Below, piece after piece: positions 46,189-55,172 of a DNA stretch of 64,000 nt (positions within the stretch are counted from its first letter, which is position 1; each line of letters begins with the position of its first letter). A model generated the notes under the pieces. That model worked only from the letters and a program-made list of their open reading frames with translations. It was not told where the DNA came from and ran no database searches. The position numbers and the translations under genes were made by a program. This stretch comes from Vicinamibacterales bacterium (lineage in GTDB: Bacteria > Acidobacteriota > Vicinamibacteria > Vicinamibacterales > SCN-69-37): NCBI GenBank assembly GCA_035547155.1, contig DASZVJ010000140.1, forward strand, positions 209 to 64,208, read 5' to 3'.

Positions 46189-48155
46189 TGGATCGCGCTC
46201 CGCGCCGCCGGCGGTGTCGTCGTGACCGCCGCCGTGCGCGTCGTCGACGGCGTGGCCGGCGCGGGTGCCGCGGGGGACGGTGCAGCGGGTGTCGCCGTGC
46301 CAGGCGCGGGCGTCAACGTCGGCAGCGGGAGTCCATCCTGCTTGGCGAAGAACGTCTCGAGCACGTGACGCACGATCGGCGCGGCCGTCGTGCCGCCGTG
46401 CCCGCCGTGCTCGACGAAGACGACGCCGGAGATCTGCGGATGATCGCGCGGCGCGAAGAACACGAACCACGCGTGGTCGCGCAGGTCCTTGTCCGTGCGG
46501 CCCTTCGCCTTCGCGAGGCCTTCGTTGGAGATGACCTGCGCGGTGCCGGTCTTGCCCGACACGTCGCGTCCGGCGATGCGCGCGCCGCTCCCGGTGCCCG
46601 CCTCGTTGACGACCATCCAGAGCCCGTCGCGAATGGCCTGCAGATGCTCAGGCTTGATGAACAGCTCGGATTTCGGCGCGGGCGTCGGCACCGGCTGCCA
46701 GCCGGATCCCTCGTCGACGCTCTTCAGCAAGTGCGGCGTGATCAGCGTCCCGCCATTGGCGATCGTCGAGATCATCGTCGCGAGCGCAATCGGCGTGACG
46801 CTGACCGCGCCCTGGCCGATCGAGACGGAGATCGTCTCGCCGGGATACCAGGGCTGCTTGCGCACGCGCTCGGACCAGGCCGTGGACGCGACGAAGCTGT
46901 CCTGCTCGCCGGGCAGGTCGATGCCCGTCTTGCCGACCAGCCCGAGCCGCGCGGCGTAGTCGTGGATCGTGTCGATCTTCATCTTCGCGCCGACCGTGTA
47001 GAAGAAGACGTTGCAGGACTTCTCGATGGCCTGGCTCAGGTTGACGAGCCCGTGGCCGCGGCCGCCCGACAGACTGCACTTGAAGGACCGGCCGCCGTAC
47101 TCGTAATGGCCGGGGCAATAGACGGTGAAGTCCGGTCCGATCACGCCCGTCTCGAGCGCGGCGACCGACATCGCGATCTTGAACGTCGATCCCGGCGAGT
47201 ACGTGCCCTGGATCAACCGGTTCGTCAGCGGCTTCTGCGGATCGGTCTGCAGGCGCGACCACGTCGCGCTGTCGAGGCCGTTGGCGAAGTCGTTCGGATC
47301 GTACGAGGGGCGGCTCGTCATCGCGAGCACCTCGCCCGTCTTCGGGTCGAGGAACGCCGCGGCGCCCGCGTAGCCCGACTGCGTGAACGCGTCCTCGAGC
47401 GCCTGCTGCAGATCGAGATCGAGCGTGAGCTGCATGCGCTGGCCGTCGATCGGATCTTCCTTGCGGACCTCATCGATCTCGCGGCCCTTGCTGTTGACCG
47501 AGAACAGACGGTTGCCGTCGACGCCCATCAGCCGATCGTTGTAGACCTTCTCGAGGCCGTCCTTGCCGACGATGGCGCCGGGCTGCAGATTCGCGTACGC
47601 CGCCGTCTGCAGCTGCGCTTCGGTGACCTCGCCGACATAGCCGAACAGCTGCGCCGCCATCGCGGTCGGATATTTGCGCGTCGGCACCTGCTGGACTTTG
47701 ATCTCCGGCATCTCGAGATGACGCGCCGTCACGGCCGCGACCTGCTCGAAGGTCGCATGCTCGATGACGGGCAGCGGCCGGAACGTGGGCTCGGCGATGC
47801 GACGCTTCACCGCCTCGCGCACCTGCGTTTCGGGGACGCCGGTGACCTGGGCCAGACGCTGGATCGTCGCGTCGAGATCTTTCGTCTCCTCGCGGACGAT
47901 CGCAATGGTGAACGAGTAGCGATTCTCGACGAGCACGCGGCCCGTGCGGTCGAAGAGCACGCCGCGCGGCGCGCGCAGCGGGATCGCGCGGGTGAAGTTG
48001 TTCGCCGCCAGCTCTTCGTATTTCTCGTGCTGCACGACCTGCAGCGACCAGAAGGCCACGGCCAGCAGCACGAACGCGACCGCGAACAGGATGCGCAGGC
48101 CGAGCAGCCGTCCCTGGCTCGTCCGCCGTTCCTCGAAAGCTTCTGAGGTCAACAT
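46185..48155 (-). CDS. mrdA: penicillin-binding protein 2 (elongasome transpeptidase)
   Basis: SxxK as STFK, SxN as SCN, KTG as KTGTAQ. N-terminal TM anchor. C-terminal Pro/Ala/Thr-rich tail. Confidence 0.92.
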   Translation of the reverse strand: MLTSEAFEERRTSQGRLLGLRILFAVAFVLLAVAFWSLQVVQHEKYEELAANNFTRAIPLRAPRGVLFDRTGRVLVENRYSFTIAIVREETKDLDATIQRLAQVTGVPETQVREAVKRRIAEPTFRPLPVIEHATFEQVAAVTARHLEMPEIKVQQVPTRKYPTAMAAQLFGYVGEVTEAQLQTAAYANLQPGAIVGKDGLEKVYNDRLMGVDGNRLFSVNSKGREIDEVRKEDPIDGQRMQLTLDLDLQQALEDAFTQSGYAGAAAFLDPKTGEVLAMTSRPSYDPNDFANGLDSATWSRLQTDPQKPLTNRLIQGTYSPGSTFKIAMSVAALETGVIGPDFTVYCPGHYEYGGRSFKCSLSGGRGHGLVNLSQAIEKSCNVFFYTVGAKMKIDTIHDYAARLGLVGKTGIDLPGEQDSFVASTAWSERVRKQPWYPGETISVSIGQGAVSVTPIALATMISTIANGGTLITPHLLKSVDEGSGWQPVPTPAPKSELFIKPEHLQAIRDGLWMVVNEAGTGSGARIAGRDVSGKTGTAQVISNEGLAKAKGRTDKDLRDHAWFVFFAPRDHPQISGVVFVEHGGHGGTTAAPIVRHVLETFFAKQDGLPLPTLTPAPGTATPAAPSPAAPAPATPSTTRTAAVTTTPPAARSAIQ

Positions 48156-48162
48156 CCGCCGT

Positions 48163-48684
48163 TCACCATTGCCGCCGGCTCAGCCGCGTACGGCGATTCA
48201 TCCGATACCGATCCATCGCGCCCGGCAGGGAGCTGGTCACCTGGAACGCGACGAACGCGCCCAGCGTGTTGAGGCCGATCTCCGCCAGCATAGCGCTCCA
48301 GGAGACGCCCAGCCACTGCTGATCGATCAGGCTGCCGAGCCCGATCATCAGGAGCCGGTGCAGGAACGTCGCCCCTACGACGATAATCGTCCGCGCCTGC
48401 GGCCGCGTGAGCACGAACTGCGTGCCGATGACCCCGGCTGCGAATCCGACGATCGTCTTCGCCAGTCCGCCGACGCCGACGATCTGTCCCGACAGCACGT
48501 CCTGCAGCAGGCCGCCAATCGTCCCGCCGAACAGACCGGCTACCGGCCCCCATTGCAATCCGGCGAAGACGACGCCGACGAGCACGAAATCGAAGACCCA
48601 GCGGCCGCCCACCGTGTAGCGCGCGAGCGTCACTTGCAGCACGACCGAGACGACGATGGTGAGCAGCAGGCCGACGGCTTTCAC
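48163..48684 (-). CDS. mreD: rod shape-determining protein MreD
   Basis: 173-aa polytopic protein in the canonical position between mreC and mrdA. GTGA overlap with mreC. Confidence 0.8.
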   Translation of the reverse strand: MKAVGLLLTIVVSVVLQVTLARYTVGGRWVFDFVLVGVVFAGLQWGPVAGLFGGTIGGLLQDVLSGQIVGVGGLAKTIVGFAAGVIGTQFVLTRPQARTIIVVGATFLHRLLMIGLGSLIDQQWLGVSWSAMLAEIGLNTLGAFVAFQVTSSLPGAMDRYRMNRRTRLSRRQW

Positions 48685-49538
48685 GGCCGGCTCCCGCTCT
48701 TCGCCATGCCCGAGGACGGCGCCGCTACGGCCGCCGGCTTCTTCGTCGTGACCATGACGATGTCCACGTGCGAGAAATCGACGGCGGGACGAATCACGAT
48801 TTCCCGATCGGCCCCGGAACGGTTGACGCGCTCGACCATGCCCACGAGAAAGCCCTGCGGGAAAATGCCGTCCTGCCCCGACGTCGTCACGCGCTCCCCG
48901 ACCTGCACGTCGGCCAGGACGGGCACGAACTCTGCGCGCAGCAGACCGTCAGCCGCGCCGCCAACGGCCATGCCGCCGGCATTCGATCGCTCGAAGGCGA
49001 CGGCCAGCGCCGCCTCGCGGCCCGTGATGAGCTGCACCGTCGCGGCGTTCGGCGACACCGGGCTGATCACGCGTCCGACGACGCCGCGCGATCCGATCAC
49101 GGCCATGTCCTCGCCGACGCCATCCGACGTGCCGCGATTGATCGTGACGGTGAGCGTGCCGGGCTGCGGATTGCCCGCGATGACTTCAGCGGTGAGGAGC
49201 GGGTCGGTCAGCGTCTGCTTGAGCGCGAGGGCCTGCTCGAGCGCGCGCGTGCGGGCGACGAGCGCCTGTTGCTGCTGGATGGTGACCTCGAGATCCAGGA
49301 TGTGCTGTTTGAGCGCGGCGTTCTCGCGGGCCGCGCCGCGCAGCGCGAAGTAGTTCGTCCAGCCGCCGCTCACGGCATCGGCGAGCCCGGTCGTGAGCCG
49401 CTGCACGCCGGCGAACGTGCCGAACGCGACGGACTCGATGACGGGCAGCCCGCTGCGCGACTGCACCTGGGCGGAGATCAACAGCACATGGCCGAGGCAC
49501 ACCGCGACGAAGAGCGTCAGCGTGCGACGGTGGATCAT
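48681..49538 (-). CDS. mreC: rod shape-determining protein MreC
   Basis: Start at MIHRRTLTLFVAVCLGHVLLISAQ. Coiled-coil (ENAALKQHILDLEVTIQQQQAL) followed by two beta-barrel repeats. The coordinate was computed from the ORF-track frame; my manual base counting was 1 nt off here, so treat the start as +/-1. Confidence 0.87.
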   Translation of the reverse strand: MIHRRTLTLFVAVCLGHVLLISAQVQSRSGLPVIESVAFGTFAGVQRLTTGLADAVSGGWTNYFALRGAARENAALKQHILDLEVTIQQQQALVARTRALEQALALKQTLTDPLLTAEVIAGNPQPGTLTVTINRGTSDGVGEDMAVIGSRGVVGRVISPVSPNAATVQLITGREAALAVAFERSNAGGMAVGGAADGLLRAEFVPVLADVQVGERVTTSGQDGIFPQGFLVGMVERVNRSGADREIVIRPAVDFSHVDIVMVTTKKPAAVAAPSSGMAKSGSRP

Positions 49539-49579
49539 GCGCGTCTGGTACGCCCGCGACCCGGCTGGTCCATAGCCGT

Positions 49580-50605
49580 CTAGTCTAGCGAGATTTTCCT
49601 CAGGAGCTCGAAGTTCGACAGCATTTTTCCGGCGCCGAGCACGACCGTCGAGAGGGGATCCTCGGCCATGGCGACCGGCAGACCGGTCTCTTCGCGCAGA
49701 CGCTTGTCGAGATTCTTGAGCAGCGAGCCGCCGCCCGTCAGCACGATGCCGCGGTCGACGATGTCGGCCGAGAGCTCGGGCGGCGTGCGCTCGAGCGCGA
49801 CGCGCACGGCGTCGACGATGACGTTGACCGTCTCGGCGAGCGCCTCGCGGATCTCTTCGTCCGAGATCGGAATCGTCTTGGGCACGCCCTCGATCAGATG
49901 GCGGCCTTTGATCTCCATCGTGATGCGATCGTCGAGCGGGAACGCGGAGCCGAGCTCCATCTTGATCTGCTCGGCCGTGCGCTCGCCGATGAGCAGGTTG
50001 TACGTCTTCTTGATGTACTGGATGATCGCATCGTCCATCTCGTTGCCGGCAACGCGAATCGCCTTGCTGTAGACGATGCCCGCGAGCGAGATGACGGCGA
50101 TGTCCGTCGTGCCGCCGCCGATGTCGACGACCATGTTGCCCGACGCCTCTTCGATCGGCATGCCCGCGCCGATCGCGGCGGCCATCGCTTCCTCGACGAG
50201 ATAGACCTCGCTCGCCTTCGCGCGGTACGCGCTGTCCTTGACCGCGCGCTTCTCCACCTGCGTGATCTCCGACGGCACGCCGATGACGATGCGCGGGCGC
50301 ACCCACATCGTGCGGTTGTGCGCCTTCTTGATGAAGTGCGCGAGCATCTTCTCGGTGACCTCGAAGTCGGCGATGACGCCGTCCTTCATCGGCTTGATCG
50401 CCACGATGTTGCCCGGCGTCCGGCCGAGCATCTCCTTGGCTTCCTTGCCGACGGCCTCGATGCGGCCGGTCACTTTGTTGATGGCGACGATGGACGGCTC
50501 ATTGACGACGATGCCCTTGCCGCGGGCATACACGCACGTATTGGCCGTTCCCAGATCGATAGCGAGATCGCTCGAGAAGAGCGAGAAAAGCGATCGAAGC
50601 GTCAA
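49580..50605 (-). CDS. mreB: rod shape-determining actin homologue MreB
   Basis: [25 protein letters not shown] and LTGGGSLL are the actin-fold phosphate and adenosine motifs. The only available start is TTG at 50605. Confidence 0.95.
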   Translation of the reverse strand: [341 protein letters not shown]

Positions 50606-52083
50606 CTGAGCTCCTGTTCCTCGTTGGGCAAGCGGACGGTGCCGTTCTCGACGCCCGCAATGTGGATCCCATTCTTGCCCGCGACCTTGACACGATACAT
50701 CGCCGCGTCGGCTGCTTGCAGCAGTCCTTCGGCGGTATCGGCGACGTCGGGGAGGGTGGCGACGCCGATCGAGGCGGTGATACGGACGTTGGTCGCGAGA
50801 CCATCGAGGAACGTGAAGCGCTGGAGGCGTTCGCGCAGACGCCGGGCCACCGAGTGCGCGCCGTCGGTGCCGGTCTCGGGGAGGAGCATGGCGAACTCGT
50901 CGCCGCCGTAGCGCGCGACGATGTCGGTCTCGCGCGCCGTCGCGCGGATGACGTCGGACGCTTCGATGAGCGCGCGGCTGCCGAGCAGATGGCCGTGGAC
51001 GTCGTTGACGCGCTTGAAGCCGTCGAGGTCGATGAACAGCAGCGACAGCGGCCAGCCGCTGCGCATGGCGCGCTTGGTCTCCTTGCGCAGGACCTCGTTC
51101 AGATAGCGCGAGTTGTAGAGCTGCGTGAGATCGTCGGTGACCGAGAGCGCTTCGGCGCGCGCGACGCGCAGCGCCGTCGACAGCGCGTAGGCCGCGGGCT
51201 CGAGCAGGCGGACGATCGAGTCGGCCACGCCGTGCGAGACCGACGGCAGCCGGTGCGCCCGGCCCGTGTCGAGCCCGACGAGCACCCCCACCGTCGTCCC
51301 GCCGGCGATGAGCGGCCAGCCGACGAGCGAGATCTCGACGAGCTTGTCGGCCTTGCGCTCACCGTCGATGCGATGGTCGAGGTAGTTCGTGACGCGAACG
51401 GCCGGCGCGCCCGTCTCTGCGATGACGTCGGCGAACGCGCGCAGCGTCGCGCGGCGGGCCGGGTCCACGTCGTGCTGGCCGAGCAAGTGCGGCACGCCGT
51501 CGGTCTCGACCGCAAAGACGCACCACTCCGAAAGCGGCATCCACTCGCTGACCTGCGAGATCAGCGCCGCGGCGACGCCGGCCGGGTCGGTCGCGACGTG
51601 CACGGCGCGCATGATCGCGCCGACCGTATCCGGCTGCGCGGCCAGATGCGTGAGGCGCGGCGCCGATGCATCCAGCCGGTCCGCCAGATCGACGAGGTCG
51701 GTCAACCCGAGCGCGCGCTCCACCGTCTCGAGGTGCAGCGGCAGCGTCAAATGATCGCGGAAGCCCAGTGAGCGCGAGAGCTCGGCGAGGCCAGGCTGAT
51801 TGGTCGCGCTGTACGACACGGCCGGCACGTTCGCGATGAGCGCCGCCACGAGACGCTGCGCGCCGTCGTCGAGCGTGAGCTCCCACAGAATGCCGTCGGC
51901 GTCGGTCGGCATCGTCCAGAGCGTGCCCTTGCGGACGAGCGAGAGGCGCAGGCCGCCGGACGTCCGAAGCTCGGCGAGATGCTGCTCGACGTTGTCGCTG
52001 CGATGATAGACCGCGAGCGCCGGACCGCTGTGGACGGCTGAGCCTTCGACGGCGGAGGCGCTCCGTGAATGGCGTCCTAGCAT
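50602..52083 (-). CDS. diguanylate cyclase (N-terminal unassigned region, GAF-like region, GGDEF)
   Basis: C-terminal GGDEF domain: DLDGFKRVND, I-site RETD five residues before RYGGDEFAML. The stop overlaps the mreB start. Confidence 0.85.
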   Translation of the reverse strand: MLGRHSRSASAVEGSAVHSGPALAVYHRSDNVEQHLAELRTSGGLRLSLVRKGTLWTMPTDADGILWELTLDDGAQRLVAALIANVPAVSYSATNQPGLAELSRSLGFRDHLTLPLHLETVERALGLTDLVDLADRLDASAPRLTHLAAQPDTVGAIMRAVHVATDPAGVAAALISQVSEWMPLSEWCVFAVETDGVPHLLGQHDVDPARRATLRAFADVIAETGAPAVRVTNYLDHRIDGERKADKLVEISLVGWPLIAGGTTVGVLVGLDTGRAHRLPSVSHGVADSIVRLLEPAAYALSTALRVARAEALSVTDDLTQLYNSRYLNEVLRKETKRAMRSGWPLSLLFIDLDGFKRVNDVHGHLLGSRALIEASDVIRATARETDIVARYGGDEFAMLLPETGTDGAHSVARRLRERLQRFTFLDGLATNVRITASIGVATLPDVADTAEGLLQAADAAMYRVKVAGKNGIHIAGVENGTVRLPNEEQELS

Positions 52084-52349
52084 GACGGCGAAATGAGGCG
52101 GCTGTGGCGTGTAATCGGAGCCTGCCGGGCGCCAAAACTATAGCACGCGGATCGCGTGTTCGAACCGCCGGCGGCGCGCAAATCGATGCGATCTCGCACA
52201 CGAAAATCGTGATCGCGACGCGGGAGCGGCACGGCGACGGCAGCGGACGCGCGTGCGTGGCATAATTGGTCGCTTCGGCGTCAAGGAAAGCCGGCCGGCA
52301 GGGGGCCTTTGGTCACCATCCGGCGAGACCGTGCAGGAGATTCTGACCT

Positions 52350-54260
52350 ATGACGATGCTCGACCGGATGCGACGTCACAAGTCCTGGCTCAAGTGGAGC
52401 CTGGGCATTGTCGTGGCGACGTTCATCCTCCTCTACGTCCCCCAGTTCCTCAAGACGAACGGGGTGGGCGCCGCACCGGGTGACGTGGTCGCCACCGTCA
52501 ACGGCCGTCCGATCACCGCCGGGGTCTATCAGCGCGTCTACGATCAGCAGATCACGCAACTGCGCTCGAGCTACAGCCAGCTGACCGACGACATGATCAA
52601 GCAGCTCGGCCTCGGCCAGCGGCTGCTCCAGCAGCTCGTCAATCAGGAAGCGGAGCTCGCCGAAGCCGATCGCCTGAAGCTGACCGTCAGCGACGGCGAG
52701 CTGCGGGAGCGTCTGCTGCGGATGCCGGCCTTCCAGCAGAACGGACAGTTCATCGGCTACGCGCAGTACGTGCAGATGCTCGCCTCGTCGCGGCCGCCGA
52801 TTCGCGAGGACGAGTTCGAAGACGATTTGCGGCGATCGCTGATGGCCGAGAAGCTCCAGGCCGCCATCACCGGCTGGATCCGCGTGTCCGACGCCGACGT
52901 CGAGCAGGACTACCGGCGCAAGAACGAGAAGGTGAAGCTGGATCTCGCCATTTTCAATGGCACGCAGTTCCGTGCCGGCATCCAGCCGACCGACGCGGAG
53001 CTGGCCGCCGAGCTCGCCGCGCATCCGGACACGTACAAGATTCCTGAGAAGCGGCAGGTGCACTACCTCTCGATCGAGACGAACGCGCTGCGCAGCAAGA
53101 TGACGGTGACGCCGCAGGAAGTCGAGACGCGCTACCGCGACAACATCCAGACGTACTCGACGCCGGAACAGGTGCGCGCGAGCCACATCCTCTTCAAGAC
53201 CGAAGGCAAGGACGACGCCGCGGTGAAGAAGCTGGCGGAGAGCGTGCTCGCGAAGGTGAAGGCCGGCGGCGATTTCGCCGCGCTCGCCAAGCAGTACTCC
53301 GACGACGGCAGCAAGGACAACGGCGGCGATCTCGACTACTTCAGCAAGGGCACGATGGTGCCGGAGTTCGAGAACGCGGTGTGGAACCTGCAGCCGGGAC
53401 AGATCACCGATCTCGTCAAGTCGCAGTTCGGCTACCACATCATCAAGATGACGGGCCGGCGCCCGGCCAGCACGCGCACGCTCGACGAAGTGCGCCCGCA
53501 GATCCAGGAACAGATCCGCGAGGAGAAGGCGCAGGCCGAGGCATCGCGTCTCGCCGACGAGATCGGCAAGGAAATCAAAGCGCCGGCCGACATCGATCGC
53601 GTGGGCAAGGCGCGCGGGTTGACCGTGGGCGATTCCGGGTTGTTCGCGCGCGACGAGCCGCTGGCCGGTCTCGGCTTCGTGCAGACCGTCGCCAACGAGG
53701 CCTTCTCGATGGAGAAGGACAAGGTCAGCGGCGCGCTTCGGACGAGCCAGGGTTACGCGTTCATCGCGCTCACGGACATCAAGCCGTCCTACGCGCCGAA
53801 GCTCGACGAAGTGAAGGACAAAGTTCGCGACGCCGTGATCACGGCGAAGGCGGTCGAGATCGCGAAGAGCCACGCCGAGGCGATGGCCAAGAGCAGCACG
53901 TCGAACTTTGAAGCCGCCGCCAAGGCCGCGGGCGCGACGGTGCGGTCGACCGACTTCATCACGCGCGGCTCGGCGTTCCCGGACGTGGGCGTGAGCGATG
54001 CGCTCGATACGGCGGCCTTCGCGCTCAAGACCGGCGAGACCAGCGCGCCCGTCGCTACCGATTCGGCGGTCGTCGTCGTGCATCTGCGCGATCGGCAGGA
54101 TATCGATCAGTCCGCGCTGGCCGCCCAGCGCGAGACCCTGCGCACGCAGCTGACCGAGCAGCGCCGCCAGGAGTTCTTCTCGGCCTACATGGCCAGCGCG
54201 ATCCGCAAGATGGACGTCAGGTACAACGAAAGCGCGGTCAAGAACCTGCTTGGGAGTTAG
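52350..54260 (+). CDS. ppiD: periplasmic chaperone / peptidyl-prolyl isomerase PpiD-like (SurA_N + parvulin)
   Basis: N-terminal TM anchor (WLKWSLGIVVATFILLYV). Parvulin domain RASHILFK...GGDLDYFSKGTMVPEFENAVW...FGYHIIK. Confidence 0.83.
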   Translation: MTMLDRMRRHKSWLKWSLGIVVATFILLYVPQFLKTNGVGAAPGDVVATVNGRPITAGVYQRVYDQQITQLRSSYSQLTDDMIKQLGLGQRLLQQLVNQEAELAEADRLKLTVSDGELRERLLRMPAFQQNGQFIGYAQYVQMLASSRPPIREDEFEDDLRRSLMAEKLQAAITGWIRVSDADVEQDYRRKNEKVKLDLAIFNGTQFRAGIQPTDAELAAELAAHPDTYKIPEKRQVHYLSIETNALRSKMTVTPQEVETRYRDNIQTYSTPEQVRASHILFKTEGKDDAAVKKLAESVLAKVKAGGDFAALAKQYSDDGSKDNGGDLDYFSKGTMVPEFENAVWNLQPGQITDLVKSQFGYHIIKMTGRRPASTRTLDEVRPQIQEQIREEKAQAEASRLADEIGKEIKAPADIDRVGKARGLTVGDSGLFARDEPLAGLGFVQTVANEAFSMEKDKVSGALRTSQGYAFIALTDIKPSYAPKLDEVKDKVRDAVITAKAVEIAKSHAEAMAKSSTSNFEAAAKAAGATVRSTDFITRGSAFPDVGVSDALDTAAFALKTGETSAPVATDSAVVVVHLRDRQDIDQSALAAQRETLRTQLTEQRRQEFFSAYMASAIRKMDVRYNESAVKNLLGS

Positions 54261-54408
54261 GTTCTGGGGTTCTGAAAGTTCTGGGGTTCTGAGGTTCTGG
54301 TTCCGAGGGTTCAGGTTCCGCGGTTCTGTGGCGCTCTCGGGAACTCAGAACATCAGAACCTCAAAACCCGAACCCCAGAACTCCGGAACGTCCGGAACCT
54401 CAGAACCT
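54259..54408. repeat. inverted double array of GGTTCTGR-type units filling a convergent spacer
   Basis: Left arm: aggttctg gggttctg aaagttctg gggttctg aggttctg gttccgag ggttcagg ttccgcggttctg. Centre: tggcgctctcggg. The right arm is the complementary CAGAAC units. Confidence 0.9.
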
Positions 54409-54413
54409 GCGCC

Positions 54414-55037
54414 TTACTTGGCCTCGTACCCTTCCAGCTCCACCAGCCACCCTTTCACGTCTTCGTCCCACGCGCGCTGGCGCGTGCGGTCGAGGCCGTG
54501 ACGGGTGTCGTCGTCGTACTGCCGCTGCGCGTCGGGCTCGAGCTGGATGAGGCGCTCGGCGCCGTCCTGCACGTGGTTGATGTCCGTGCACGGGTCGTAG
54601 AGGTCGTGCAGATGCTTGCGTAAACGGCGCGCGTAGACCTCGGTCAGATCGAAATGCGTCTGCTCGTGGCGCAGCGTCCGATCGCGCTCGCCGGGATCGG
54701 CGAGGACGATGGGCTTCACCCACGATCGGTGCGGCATGAACACCGCCTCGACCTCGAACTGAAACGTCGTCTTCGCGCATCGCACGCCATAGAGCAGGCT
54801 GTATCCCGTGAGCGCGCCTTCCTGCCCGCCCTCTGGCGCCTCGGCGCGAAAGTCCGTCCACACGAGTGGCCGAGCGGCATTCCACGGCACGCCGTCTTCC
54901 TGCGCGATTTGCTGATGGATCGTCTGCTCGACCGGCGGTGTCACGACGGCAGGCGCGTGTCCGCCACAGGACGCGATGCCGACGGCGAAGGCCACGACGG
55001 ACCAAGAGACCAGGGGACGAAGGGACTGGGGAGTCAA
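54414..55037 (-). CDS. DUF922-like putative zinc-metalloprotease lipoprotein
   Basis: Lipobox AVGIASC. HEQTH (HExxH) motif in the context LRHEQTHFDL. Confidence 0.62.
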   Translation of the reverse strand: MTPQSLRPLVSWSVVAFAVGIASCGGHAPAVVTPPVEQTIHQQIAQEDGVPWNAARPLVWTDFRAEAPEGGQEGALTGYSLLYGVRCAKTTFQFEVEAVFMPHRSWVKPIVLADPGERDRTLRHEQTHFDLTEVYARRLRKHLHDLYDPCTDINHVQDGAERLIQLEPDAQRQYDDDTRHGLDRTRQRAWDEDVKGWLVELEGYEAK

Positions 55038-55120
55038 CGTTCTGGGTGCTGAAAGTTCTGAGGTTCTAGGGTTCTAGGTTCTGGTTCTTCGGTTCTGGTT
55101 CCTGGTTCTGCGTTCTGGTC
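55038..55120. repeat. one-armed array of GGTTCTR units
   Basis: gttctggg tgctgaaa gttctgag gttctagg gttctag gttctg gttcttcg gttctg gttcctg gttctgc gttctg. Confidence 0.85.
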
Positions 55121-55127
55121 TTCGGAG

Positions 55128-55149
55128 GGCCGAACCTTCAGGTTCGGCC
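55128..55149 (-). terminator. perfect 9-bp hairpin downstream of sppA (no U-tract)
   Basis: ggccgaacc-ttca-ggttcggcc, 24 nt past the sppA stop. There is no U run, so it may be a stabiliser or REP-like hairpin rather than an intrinsic terminator. Confidence 0.3.
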
Positions 55150-55172
55150 GGAGTCGGCGCTCCTGCCCGTCC

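Noticed and set aside
46146-48146. 666-aa + strand ORF
   Set aside because: It is antisense to mrdA (SxxK/SxN/KTG motifs present). It is a shadow ORF.
52281-54083. 600-aa - strand ORF
   Set aside because: It is antisense to ppiD, which has a clear TM anchor and parvulin domain. It is a shadow ORF.
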